Shown piece by piece: positions 1 through 11,299 of a stretch of 64,000 nt of DNA. The DNA is from Octopus vulgaris. Lineage: Eukaryota. Both the position numbers and the translations under genes were made by a program. How positions within the stretch are numbered: position 1 is the first letter of the stretch; every line of letters starts with the position of its first letter. Where the stretch lies: assembly GCA_951406725.2 (NCBI GenBank), contig OX597836.1, positions 31,434,001 to 31,498,000 of the forward strand, read 5' to 3'. The notes beneath the pieces are model-generated. The model saw nothing but the letters and a program-made list of their open reading frames with translations. It searched no databases and was not told the origin of the DNA.

Positions 1-276
1 GGGCGAGATACGGCTGGGTTAAATGCTAAAAAGTTGAAGGGTTTCAAGTCATGGAAACGATGACATGGCAGACATTCAAACTTGATACGATTCTCTGGCT
101 TGTCAGCTCCTGTCATACTATCCAATCCATGTTGGATGGGAAAACAGACATTATTCACACTCACACACATATACACACCCATTTGATTTTATCATTATAC
201 TATCTTCACATGCTTCTCCGTTTTCACACCTTTTACACAACAACAGTCCCTCAATATATACACACACACACACATA

Positions 277-511
277 CAGGATTGGCCAAAAGTCACTTGA
301 CATTAAATCAAAACCCATTAAATTCCAAGATTTATTTATGTTTAACAACTGAATGAGACTTCACTAATTAATGAACAGACAAATGTTGAGAAAATAACTG
401 ATTTTGACTCAGCATTTAATTATCTAGTATTCACAATTGGAATGAATAAATAAAACTGAATATTAAGTATTTATGGACTTTTGATTACTGTTGGGTGACT
501 TTTGGCCAACC

Positions 512-514
<3 letters not shown>
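277..514. mobile_element. Tc1/mariner-type MITE
   Basis: TIRs CAGGATTGGCCAAAAGTCAC / GTGACTTTTGGCCAACCCTG, flanked by TA on both sides. Confidence 0.7.
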
Positions 515-542
<28 letters not shown>

Positions 543-639
543 ATGGGAAGCTTTATGAAAATAAACAAAAGACAAACGCAGGTGGAGTACAAACAAACAA
601 TTGTATTAGTATGGCGCTCAGGAATATAAATAAAACAAG

Positions 640-677
640 TCTTTTATGTTTCGAGCCTATGCTCTTCAACAGAAAGA
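640..677 (-). ncRNA. Type-I hammerhead-like motif in a Penelope-like terminal fragment (about 541-700)
   Basis: Minus strand reads TCTTT-CTGTTGA-A-GAGC(ATAG)GCTC-GAAA-CAT-A-AAAGA. Helices I and II pair; A6 is U and helix III is degenerate. Confidence 0.55.
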
Positions 678-783
678 TACACAGAAAAAAAAAAAATATA
701 TATATATATATGTAGGTCCCGGGTTGAGTCGGGGTTAACCACAGTAAATAAGGTACTCAATACATAGCAGAGTAAATTAATTT

Positions 784-890
784 ATTTTATAGAAGGAGCT
801 TCTACAGGACTAGAACTGTTTCATTCAAATGAAATCATGATTTCATTTGAATGAAACAGTTCTAGTCCTGTAGAAGCTCCTTCTATAAAA

Positions 891-891
<1 letters not shown>
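784..891. repeat. Perfect 108-bp palindrome (54-bp arms, no spacer)
   Basis: Centre AAATCA|TGATTT at 837/838. Each arm carries GAAACAG-ttctagtc-CTGTA, the 3' half of a hammerhead. Confidence 0.9.
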
Positions 892-921
<30 letters not shown>

Positions 922-924
<3 letters not shown>

Positions 925-2171
925 CGTGCTGTGGGCACAACAAACACCATCCGATCGTGGCCGTTCGCCAGCCTCATCTGGCACCTGTGTCGGTGGCACA
1001 TAAAGACACCATCCGAAGACCCGGCGACGTAGTCAGTCCACCTGTGCATACCTTCCCTCTTATGACACTTGTGAAGACCTGTTGAGGCAAGTGTGTGACA
1101 CTTGTGAAGACCTGCTGAGGCAGAGGCAAGTGTGTGACACTTGTGGAGACCTGTTGAGGCAAGTGTGTGACCCTTGTGAAGACCTGTTGAGGCAAGTGAA
1201 AATCAAATCAAACCAAATCAAAATAGATGAACATCAATGGAATTTGTATCTTTGTGGTTCCAGTACCGGTGGCACACAAGAAAACCATCCGAACGTGGCC
1301 GTAGCCAGTACCGCATCGACTGGCCTCCGTGCTGTGGGGACGTAACAAACACCATCCGATCGTGGCCGTCCGCCAGCCTCATCTGGCACCTGTGTCGGTG
1401 GCACATAAAAACACCATCCGAGCGTGGCCGTCTGCCAGCCTCGTCTGGCACCTGTGTCGGGGGCACATAAAAACACCATCTGAGCGTGGCCGTTCGCCAG
1501 CCTCGTCTGGCACCTGTGTCGGTGGCACATAAAAACACCATCCGAAGACCCGGCAAGACTAGTCAGGCCATAACCCGTGGCCCCTACCTGGGACGTAGTC
1601 AGTCCACCTGTGCATACCTTCCTTCTTGTGACACTTGTGAAGACCTGTTGAGGCAAGTGAAAATCAAATCAAATCAAAACAAATCAAAATAGATGAACAT
1701 CAATGGAATTTGTATCTTTGTGGTACCAGTGCCGGTGGCACATAAGAAAATCATCCGAACGTGGCCGTAGCCAGTACCGCATCGACTGGCCTCCGTGCTT
1801 TGGGGACGTAACAAACACCATCCGATCGTGGCCGTCCGCCAGCCTCATCTGGCACCTGTGTCGGTGGCACATAAAAACACCATCCGAGCGTGGCCGTCTG
1901 CCAGCCTCGTCTGGCACCTGTGTCGGGGGCACATAAAAACACCATCTGAGCGTGGCCGTTCGCCAGCCTCGTCTGGCACCTGTGTCGGTGGCACATAAAA
2001 TCACCCACTACACTCTCGGAGTGGTTGGCGTTAGGAAGGGCATCCAGCTGTAGAAACACTGCCAGATCTGACTGGCCTGGTGCAGCCTTCGGGCTCCCCA
2101 GACCCCAGTTGAACCGTCCAACCCATGCTAGCATGGAAAACGGACGCTAAATGATGATGATGATGATGATG
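922..2171 (+). mobile_element. RTE-LINE 3'-UTR-derived element with internal tandem duplications and (TGA)n tail
   Basis: Same 3' sequence as the RTE fragment at 9614-10445. Contains about 30-bp repeats (1063-1197), about 59-bp repeats and a 466-bp tandem duplication; flanked by (TA)n. Confidence 0.75.
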
Positions 2172-2381
2172 ATATATATATATATATAGCAATAAGAAAA
2201 TGGAGGGGATCAATAAGTGGTATTCATCAACTTTCAGACATCATATTATGTCTATTTATTTATTTGCTAACATGACAATTACAACAACATACATACATGT
2301 ATAACATTATGCTTTACACATAAAATATATAAAGATACCAGTAATTAATAAAATATACAACATACAGGAATAGAAATAGGG

Positions 2382-2513
2382 AAAATATCTTACAGCTGTT
2401 TCAGCCAAGAGGCAAAAATACCTCATTCTACCTTTATCACTCCAGTAGACTGAAGTAATTAGTAGATGAAATTGAGGTACTTGGGTGTTTCTCTAGGCTT
2501 CGTCAGCGATTTT
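2382..2513 (-). ncRNA. Type-I hammerhead motif with long extended helix II
   Basis: Minus strand reads ATCG-CTGACGA-AGCCTAGAG...(nested stems)...CTCTTGGCT-GAA-ACAGCTGT-A-AGAT. Helix III is the palindrome ACAGCTGT. Confidence 0.65.
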
Positions 2514-3068
2514 AGAAAGTACATAAGGTTAAATATATATATTTCTACATGTAGAACCATTAATCCTGACACCTTTTTTTTCACTCCCTCTAATTTTTCC
2601 CTCTCAAAACGTCAAGGACTTTTCCATTTTCCCCAAGTGTCAAACTAATACACCTGCTTGTTGTATCCTCACCTGTCCTTGTCTTTTGTTTTCTGTACAT
2701 TTAACCCATCAAGCCAAGTGAAATAGTAGTTATGGAAGATACTGGTGTCACACAACTACCACCTGTGCTCATGCCACATAAAAGTACACATTGCACTCTT
2801 GGAGTGTTTGGCGTTAAGAAGGACATCCAGCTGTAGAAACCATGCCAAATCAGACTAGAGTCTGGTACAGCCTTCCAGCTTGACAGCCCTGGTTAAACCG
2901 TACAACTCATGCCAACAAAACAAGGACAATGGACATTAAATGATGATGATGATGATATATATATATATATCTGGCTTCCCAGATCCTGGTCAAAACGTCC
3001 AACCGATGCTAGCATGGAAAACGGACATTAAATGATGATGATGATATATATATATATGAAAGAGGACA

Positions 3069-3330
3069 TAGGCGCAGGCATGGCTGTGTGGTAAGAAGCT
3101 TGCTTCCAAACACATATGTATATATATAGGTGCAGGAGTGGGTGTGTAAGTAGCTTGCTTACCAACCACATGGTTCCAGGTTCAGTTTCACTGTGTGGCA
3201 CCTTGGGCAAGTGTCTTCTACTATAGCCTCAGGCCAACCAAAGCCTTGTGAGTGGATTTGATAGACGGAAACTGAAAGAAGCCCATTGTATATTTATATA
3301 TATATATATATGTGTGTGTGCGTGTGCATG
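3069..3330 (+). mobile_element. tRNA-derived SINE family A (CORE-like), 5' part with duplicated head
   Basis: Head GGCGCAGGAGTGGCTGTGTGGTAAG...GGTTCAGTCCCAC (A/B box-like) followed by GGCACCTTGGGCAAGTGTC. Confidence 0.75.
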
Positions 3331-3389
3331 TATATGCTTTTGGTGCACATGGGTTTTTTATACAGCACCAAGTTTACAATCTTGCAAAT

Positions 3390-4868
3390 AATAATAATGA
3401 TGTTTTTATATATAAGTTTAAAGCTTCTAGCGATCACCATGAAATGGCTAAAGAAAATAGTCTAATAAAGGGGCATATAAGCCCTCAGCAGAAAAAAGAA
3501 GGCTTTCCTATCCACATGGGAGATGAACCCACATCCCTTTGTTAACGGGACTAAGTGTGTTACCTTTACGCCAGTAAATCAGCCTCCCCGTTTCTGTCAA
3601 ATTTAAGAACTATAATAGTTTGTGTTTGTTTTTATTGTAAACAAACTTTCTATATGCTTTCAGTGCAAATGTTGTTTTTTTTTATACAGTGCCGAGTTCA
3701 CAATCCTGTAAATAATAATAATGGTATTTTTATATAAGCTTAAAGCTTATGGCGATCACCGTGCAATGACTAAGGAAAATAGTCTAATAAAGGGCCATAT
3801 AAGCCCTTGACAGAATTATATATATATATATATATCAAAACAGATGGCTAGAAATATTTTGATATATTTTTGGAAATAAAAATAAACCAAATTTTCCGGT
3901 CTTCTGTTTGGTCATGTGATTACTCTGCAATAGAATTCACCAAAATTACAATTTAACTTATATATCGAGGCATTACTGTATATATATTAATATACACAAA
4001 CACATGTACATATATATCATTTAAAATATACCATCTATGTACATAGATTAGTGTGAACATACAGCTGTACCTCACAAGGACACAGCTTAGATACACATAC
4101 ACAGTCCCTTATACACATATATACACACACACACATGTATGTATGTACATATGTTTGTTTGTATGTATGTATGTATGTATGTGTGTGCATGTATGCATGC
4201 ATGTGTGTGTGTGAATTTAGCTCTTTTATTATTGTTACAGTTAGCTTGAGGTTTAAGTTATTGGTGCATGAAAGAAAACTGTGATAAGTGTGCAAAAGGG
4301 AAACATATGGAAGAGGTAGCATTTCAAAATAAAACTCCCTGCAGACAGCAATGGTCAATGAAACAGGAAAAGAATTTAAAACTTTATTCTTTCTGTGTGA
4401 CCTGGTACCAAGTGATCCATAGCCGAAAACAGATCAGTGGTCTGGTAGTTGGGGACCTCTGATGTATAGGACCCCCGAAATTAGTGGGAGAGAAGAAGGG
4501 AGCAAAATACACACAAATGACTTGTCTAAATGCCTGTAATAGAACAGATCAACTAAAGGTACCCAAGGCCCAGCTGGTAGTGTTAAACATGATGATGGAG
4601 AATGTCTAGAAATTCATGGAGGCACTTCAACTCAGAGAGCAAAAAGCCAGAGCAGACACCACAAGGTATTCTGTCTGATACTGTAAGGCAGTCATAGAGG
4701 CATATGGCTTAGTGGTTAGGGTGTTGGGCTCATGACCGTAAGATTGTGGATTCAATCCTGTAAATGATAATAATGGTATTTTTATATAAGCTTAAAGCTT
4801 ATGGGGATCACCGTGCAATGACTAAGGAAAATAGTCTAATAAAGGGGCATATAAGCCCTCAACAGAAT
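3390..4868. repeat. Three dispersed copies of an about 105-bp repeat (about 3390-3490, 3713-3815, 4765-4868); also an inverted pair at 37780-37985
   Basis: Shared sequence AAGCTTAAAGCTTATGGCGATCACCGTGCAATGACTAAGGAAAATAGTCTAATAAAGGG-CATATAAGCCCTCAACAGAA. Confidence 0.75.
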
Positions 4869-4884
4869 TATATATATATATATA

Positions 4885-5365
4885 TCATCATCATCATCAT
4901 CGTTTAACGTCTGCTTTCCATGCTAGCATGGGTTGGACGATTGACTGAGGGCTGGCGAACCAGATGGCTGCACCAGGCTTCATTCTTGATCTGGTAGAGT
5001 TTCTACAGCTGGATGCCCTTCCTAATGCCAACCACTCTAAGAGTGTAGTAGGTGCTTTTATGTGCCACCGGCACAGGGCCAGTGAAGCAGTACTGGCAAT
5101 GACCTCGCTCGAATCCTTTACACATGCCACCGGCACAGGTGCCAGTAAGGCAATGCTGGTAACAATCACGCTCGAATGTTGTCTTTTATGTGCCACCGGC
5201 ACGGAGGCCAGATAGCTGCTCTGGCAATGATCATGCTTGGATGGTGTTCTTAATACCCTACTAGCATGGGGCTCGAGTGCCAGTAAGGTGACGCTCAAAT
5301 GGTGCCTTTTAAGTGCCATTGGCACAGAAGCTAGTTAGCCGCTCTGTCAATGATCATGCTCGTAT
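4885..5365 (-). mobile_element. RTE-LINE 3' end (second subfamily; also at 58525-58862)
   Basis: (CAT)n tail, CGTTTAACGTC...GGATGCCCTTCCTAATGCCAACCAC and GTGCCACCGGCAC hairpin repeats. Confidence 0.7.
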
Positions 5366-5621
5366 GATATATATATATCAAAACAGATGGCTAGAAAAAT
5401 TTGATGTGTTATGTTCTTGAATAAAACACTTCATTTCATGTTGCTTCAGTCCACTCAGCTGGCAAAAAGGAGTAATTCTGTAATGGACTGGCACCCTATC
5501 CAGGTAGGGAATATATACACCAGGAAACCAGGTAACTTTACCTTTATTTTTACTGTAGGGGAGTGAGGGGCTGGGGTTTGCCAACCACTAGGCTGGAAGT
5601 TAAAACAACATTGATCTATAT

Positions 5622-5891
5622 CAGTGGTTCTTGACCAGGGCCCATATGGCTCTTGTGGGTTCCTTACGGCCCTTGGAGGAGTCCATATAAAATTTATTAG
5701 AATTTATGTTCAATAAACTGGTTATATTTCTACTATACACAAAACATTTAAACATTTTTTTATACAATTCCTTATCATATTTAATTATAAAAATAGGAGT
5801 TTTTAGATATCTTATGGCTATGAGGGTCCAATTCACTGACTAAAACAGGAATCAAAGAGGTCCATAGGCAAAAAATGGTTGAGGACCACTG
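5622..5891. mobile_element. hAT-superfamily MITE
   Basis: TIRs CAGTGGTTCTTGACC / GGTTGAGGACCACTG; 8-bp TSD ATCTATAT at 5614-5621 and 5892-5899. Confidence 0.85.
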
Positions 5892-6839
5892 ATCTATATT
5901 GATCCATATTCTTTTTCAAGAAGTAGGTCATGTGAGACGTGGCTAATCCAGTGGGGTTATAGTACTTAAATTATCCAAGGTAATTTTTTGTTGGTGCACC
6001 AGCACCGAGCTGTGGATTATTTTGTACATAGAAAGAGTAAATTTTAAGATTTTATAGAATATTGTAGTTTGCAGGGTGTTTTTGCAGTATATATGTATTA
6101 TATATAAGGACATCCAGCTGTAGGAACATTGCCAGATTGGACTGGAGCCTGGTGCAGCCTTTTGGCTCACCAGCCCTCAGTCAAACTGTCCAACCCATGC
6201 CAGATGGAAAGCGATGTTAAACAACAATGATGATGATGATGATGAATATATATGTGATCCCTATTGATCGATGTTTTTCTTTTTCCTTTTATTTAAAAAA
6301 AAAATTTATTTTTTTTTTTTGCTTTCCTCTTTCTTTCCATTTACGATCCCTTTTGATCAAAAACCAACCCACCTTTTTTTATCCCCAAAAAGAAAAGCTC
6401 TACCTTGTAATTTGTCCCGTCTGTGTGCAGCCCTGTGTGGCTAATAAAGAAACATATATATTGTGCATTTTATTGTTTTGCTATGCATGTGATCCCCCAC
6501 TCTATCAATTGATTGTCATGCATGTCACCAGTCAGTGGTGCTGAAAAAAGTTGGGGAATGCTAGTCTAAGGTAACCTGTTTCTGCTCTAGACTGGTACTT
6601 TATCAGTCCAGGAGGGATGAAAGGTAGAGTTAGCCTCAATGAGATCTGGACTCAGAGTGCCAGGCACCAGAAAAAATATAATTGAATATTTCATTCAATG
6701 TTCTAACAATTTGGTCAATTCACCAAGTTGGCCCAAATCAAATAATTGTCAGCTGTGGTGACCATCCTGTCTTTTATTCAGACACTGTGTATTTAGTACC
6801 ACATTATCAATTAAGTCCTTCTTTTTAAAAAATAATAAT

Positions 6840-7140
6840 GAAATTATTGTATACAGTGCTCAGGTGCACCACAACTTGTCAAAACTGCATATAAAGTATA
6901 TGCAGTAATGTACAAATGTCTGGAAAGCGAACAGTGTATGAGTCAGATACATGCTTGCGTGTGTATGGAGGGGAGAAAATCAGGTGTAGTGTTGGTGAAT
7001 CTCAGGAAGCATGGATTTTTTGAAGGATGCAGTTCTCCGACAACTAACAACTGATGCCAGCAGTCTGTTCCATGCTTCAGCAACTCTTAGCGTGAAAAAA
7101 TGTTTCCGAAAGTCATGGGAGCTATGCTGTTTCTGACTTT
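6840..7140 (-). mobile_element. CR1/L2-type LINE 3' fragment
   Basis: Minus strand encodes KQHSSHDFRKHFFTLRVAEAWNRLLASVVSCRRTASFKKSMLPEIHQHYT*, a typical CR1-group ORF2 C-terminus, followed by 3' UTR. Confidence 0.75.
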
Positions 7141-8919
7141 ATGATAGGATGATGTGATTTGTGAGAAAGCTAAACCAAATTTCTTGTAAGTTGAGCTGTA
7201 ACATGCAGGTTAAAGACAATAATATAATATTGATAGGATATCAACTGAGCTGATATAAGGAAATAATATTTAGAACAGGTATAATAGGGGTTTCAAATTT
7301 TGACACAAGGCCAGTAATTTCAAGGAAGTGGGTAAGTCAATGATATTGACCCTAGAGCTCAACTGGTACTTATTTTATCAACCCCAAAAGGATGAAAGGC
7401 AAAGATGACATCTATGGAATTTGAGCTTTGACCATAAAAATAGAATGCTGCTGAGTATTTTGTCTGATGGGCTAACGGTTCTGCCAGGTTGCCACCTTTA
7501 GTACAGGTATAATACTAAATAATGGAAAATAGAAGAGGACTTATTTCATCGACCCCGAAAGGATGAAAGGTAAAGTCAACCTTGGAGGAATTTGAGCGCA
7601 GACCATAAAAACAGATAACAATAACAACAATAATAATAATTGTGTACAGTGCTCAGGTGCACTACAAATGAAATGCTGTTAAGCACTTTGTCCAGCAGGC
7701 TAACGGTTTTGCCAGCTTGCCGCCTTTAGTACAGGTATGATATTAAATAATAGAAAATAACGGAGGTCATATGCATACAATTGACCTTCTTTCAGTTTAA
7801 TTCAACTGTAAAGTAGAGATTTCCTTCATGAGTTGCTAGGATTGGCAATCAGATTAAATGAACTTTTCTCTGACCTTAAATGGTCACGATAAACAACTAT
7901 CCTGGTAACTGAGATTAAGTATACAATATATATTATATATGTATATATAGATTTGGTGAAAAATGTGGATGACCCACGTCAGCAAATGGTAAGTACAGAA
8001 AGTTCACAAACTGGAATAAGTATTTAGAGAATAAATTAATCACAAAAATTTTCTACTTGAAATTCCCCACTTTTTTTGGGAAAAGGAAATTAACTTGTAT
8101 CACATTGTGAACGTTTGGTATACACAGACAGACAGACACACACACATACACACACACACACACACACATGGAGGTTTCTACACAATTTTCAGGATACAGT
8201 AATGGTTAAGTTTGTTGTGAATGGAAGTTGAATATTTTCCCCATGAATCCAAATGTTGTATAAGCTTTTGTAAGACTGGGAACCAATGCACCAATTCATA
8301 ACGTGTGGGGAAGCATCATAAAAAAGAGTATAATAAATAATTCAAGAAAAAGTGGGATTGCATGTGTTTAGAGAGATTAAGTCCCTTGAATTATTTAATG
8401 TACCCGAAATAAAAAGGGATTTGGAAAAAATAAATAAGAATACACATACACCTAATATATATATATATCATCATCATCATTTAGCGTCCGTTTTCCATGC
8501 TAGCATGGGTTGGACGGTTCAACTGGGGTCTGTGAAGCCAGAAGGCTGCACCAGGCCCAGTCTGATCTGGCAGTGTTTCTACGGCTATATATATATATAT
8601 TTCCCAACCACATGGTTCTGGCTTCAGTCCCACTGCATAACACCTTGGGCAAGTGTCTTCTACTGTAGCCTCATGCTACAGTATTGTGAGTGGATTTGGT
8701 AGATGGAAACAGAAAGAAGCCTATCATATATATAGATATTTTCCTGGGAATGAATTACGATTTATAACATTGCTACTATGGGAAATTATTGCTCTGCTTT
8801 AGGAGTGGTCTCCAGAAACAAATTAACTCGTATATCGATGCATTACAGTATATATATATTAACACACACACACACCTGTGATTAATATGATTTAATTACA
8901 TCGTTATTTATATCTCTCT

Positions 8920-9335
8920 TTTTACTCTTTTACTCTTTTACTTGTTTCAGTCATTTGACTGCGGCCATGCTGGAGCACCGCCTTTAATCGAGGAACTCGA
9001 CCCCGGGACTTATTCTTTGTAAGCCCAGTACTTATTCTTTCAGTCTCTTTTTGCCGAACCACTAAGTAACGGGGACATAAACACACCAGCATCGGTTGTC
9101 AAGCAATGCTGGGGGACAAACACAGACACACAAACACACACACGCATATATATATATATATACATATATACGACGGGCTTCTTTCAGTTTCCGTCTACCA
9201 AATCCACTCACATGGCTTTGGTCGGCCCGAGGCTATAGTAGAAGACACTTGCCCAAGGTGCCACGCAGTGGGACTGAACCCGGAACCATGTGGTTGATAG
9301 ACAAGCTACTTACCACACAGCCACTCCTGTGCCTA
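8920..9335 (-). mobile_element. Full-length SINE family A
   Basis: Reverse complement of the tRNA/CORE-like head, internal (TA/CA)n and the GAAACAAGTAAAAGAGTAAAAGAG tail. Confidence 0.85.
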
Positions 9336-9613
9336 TATGTTTTTATCCATTTGGTTTTAATTAGTTAATTTCATCTTTGCATATGCATTCAGTAACCACA
9401 TCATTTATCAACTTGTTTTTCTTTCCACACTTGTCCAATCCAGTGCTTTCTTATTGTTTTCTTTATCTCAATATTCATTTTAGGAATTTCCTGTCTCTTT
9501 CCTCTAATTTCATTTCAAGATTGATGTCAAATTTGAAGTTACAAGTTACTTTCAATGTATACATGTGTGTGGGTGTGCATGCATACATACGTATACGTAC
9601 ATATACATATACA

Positions 9614-10445
9614 TCATCATTATCATCATCATCGTTTAGCGTCCGCTTTCCATGCTGACATGGGTTGGACGGTGCAACTGGGGTCTGGGAAGCCAGAAGG
9701 CTGCACCAGGCCCAGTCTGATCTGGCAATATTTCTACGGCTGGATGCCCTTCCTAACGCCAACCACTCCATGAGTGTAGTGGGTGCTTTGTACGTGCCAT
9801 CGGCACAGGTGCCAGACGAGGCTGGCAAACGGCCATGGTCGGATGGTGCTTTTTACGTGCCACTGGCACGGAGGCCAGGCGAGGCTGGCAAACGGCCATG
9901 GTCGGATGGTGCTTTTTACGTGCCACTGGCACGGAGGCCAGGCGAGGCTGGCAAACGGCCATGGTCGGATGGTGCTTTTTACGTGCCACCGGCACGGAAG
10001 CCAGTCAGGGCGGCACTGGCAACGGCCACGTTCGGATGGTTCTCTTATGTGCCACCAGCACTGGTATCACAGCTACAATTTCCATTCATGTTGATCGATT
10101 TTGATTTTTTGATTTTCACTTGCCTCAACAGGTCTTCACAAGTAGGGTTTTGTGTCCCAAGAAGGAAAGGTATGCATAAGTGGAATGAGGCCATGGGTGA
10201 TGGTCTCACTTGTCCTGCCAGGTCTTCTCATGCACAGCATACTTCCAAAGGTCTCAGTCTCTAGTCATTTCCTCGGTGAGACCTAAAGTTCGAAGGTCGT
10301 GCTTCACCACCTCATCCCAGGTTTTCCTGGGTCTGCCTCTTCCACAGGTTCTCTCAACAGCTAGGGTGTGGCACTTTTTCACACAACTATCTTCATCCAT
10401 TCTCGCCACATGGCCATACCAGCGCAAACATCTCTCTTGCACACC
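9614..10445 (-). mobile_element. 5'-truncated RTE-clade LINE (ORF2 C-terminus, 3' UTR and (TGA)n tail)
   Basis: ORF 10254-10469(-) reads RCLRWYGHVARMDEDSCVKKCHTLAVERTCGRGRPRKTWDEVVKHDL, the RTE C-terminal motif. It is contiguous with the abundant (CAT)n-tailed repeat. Confidence 0.85.
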
Positions 10446-10459
10446 ACATACATACATAT

Positions 10460-10508
<49 letters not shown>

Positions 10509-10545
10509 CTGCTTATTTGTTTGTCTGTTATACTTTAGTTAGCTG

Positions 10546-10685
10546 AGGCGGAGAGCTGGTAGAAATGTTAGCACGCCGGGCGAAATGCGTAGCTGTATTT
10601 CGTCTGCTGTTATGTTCTGAGTTCAAATTCCACCGAGGCCGACTTTGCCTTTCATCTTCTCGGGGTCGATAAATAAAGTACCAGA
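10546..10685 (+). mobile_element. tRNA-derived SINE family B (Meta-domain-like); further copies near 7300-7730, 15390-15610, 22920-23515, 27430-27580, 32934-33165, 40215-40622, 46110-46320 and 49505-49735
   Basis: GGCGGCGAGCTGGCAGAAACGTTAGC...GAGTTCAAATTCC head, then GCCTTTCATCCTTTCGGGGTCGATAAATTAAGTACC. Confidence 0.75.
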
Positions 10686-11252
10686 ATCGGAGTTTGAGTT
10701 AGTATAGTTTTACCAACTCTGACTCCACAGCCCTGGCAGAAACAGCTGTAAACAAATGATGTTCATTACATGGTTGTTTATTCCTTTGTCATCCCATCTA
10801 GCACCCCTTTTATTCATTTTCTCTTCCGCTTTCTTTTTTCTTTCTTCTCTCTTCCCCTATTCATTTTGACCAATACTTTTCTCCTCCTTCTAACATACAC
10901 ATCTATCCTCTTCTCTGTATCTACTTACCCCTACCAGTAAGTTCTCAAAATTTCATTCACTCCACAAGACCCTTTTGAATGAACAGCACATGGAATCTAT
11001 CTCTCCACTCTTTCCATTTCTAATAACAAAATATGAATTCCTATCGGAATCTACTTACCATGGACAAGAAGCATTTCTGCCCATTTTACACACCACTTTC
11101 CTTGGATAATGGAACTGCCACTGTAACATCCTACATATATTTTTATTTTTACTTTTATTCTCTTATTTCCCTTTATACTTCCTATATCCATCCTCTTCCA
11201 AAATAATTTCTTATATTGAACTCTATTTCCCTCTATTTAACTCTCTCATATC

Positions 11253-11299
11253 GTCTCTGACTAAGGGATATCCCTAATATCCCAGAAACAGCTGTAAAG
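11253..11299 (+). ncRNA. Degenerate type-I hammerhead motif
   Basis: CTGACTA-A-GGGATAT(CCCTA)ATATCCC-A-GAA-ACAGCTGT-A. G8 is mutated and helix I has decayed. Confidence 0.5.

Noticed and set aside
1063-2000. CRISPR-like regularly spaced palindromic repeats (also 9780-10020 and 53920-54265)
   Set aside because: The intervening sequences are near-identical rather than unique spacers, there are no cas genes, and the repeats are part of an RTE LINE 3' UTR in a eukaryote.
9665-10264. 199-aa ORF and similar ORFs at 1218-2134, 4897-5325, 18918-19457 and 53825-54374
   Set aside because: They are chance open frames through LINE 3'-UTR tandem repeats.
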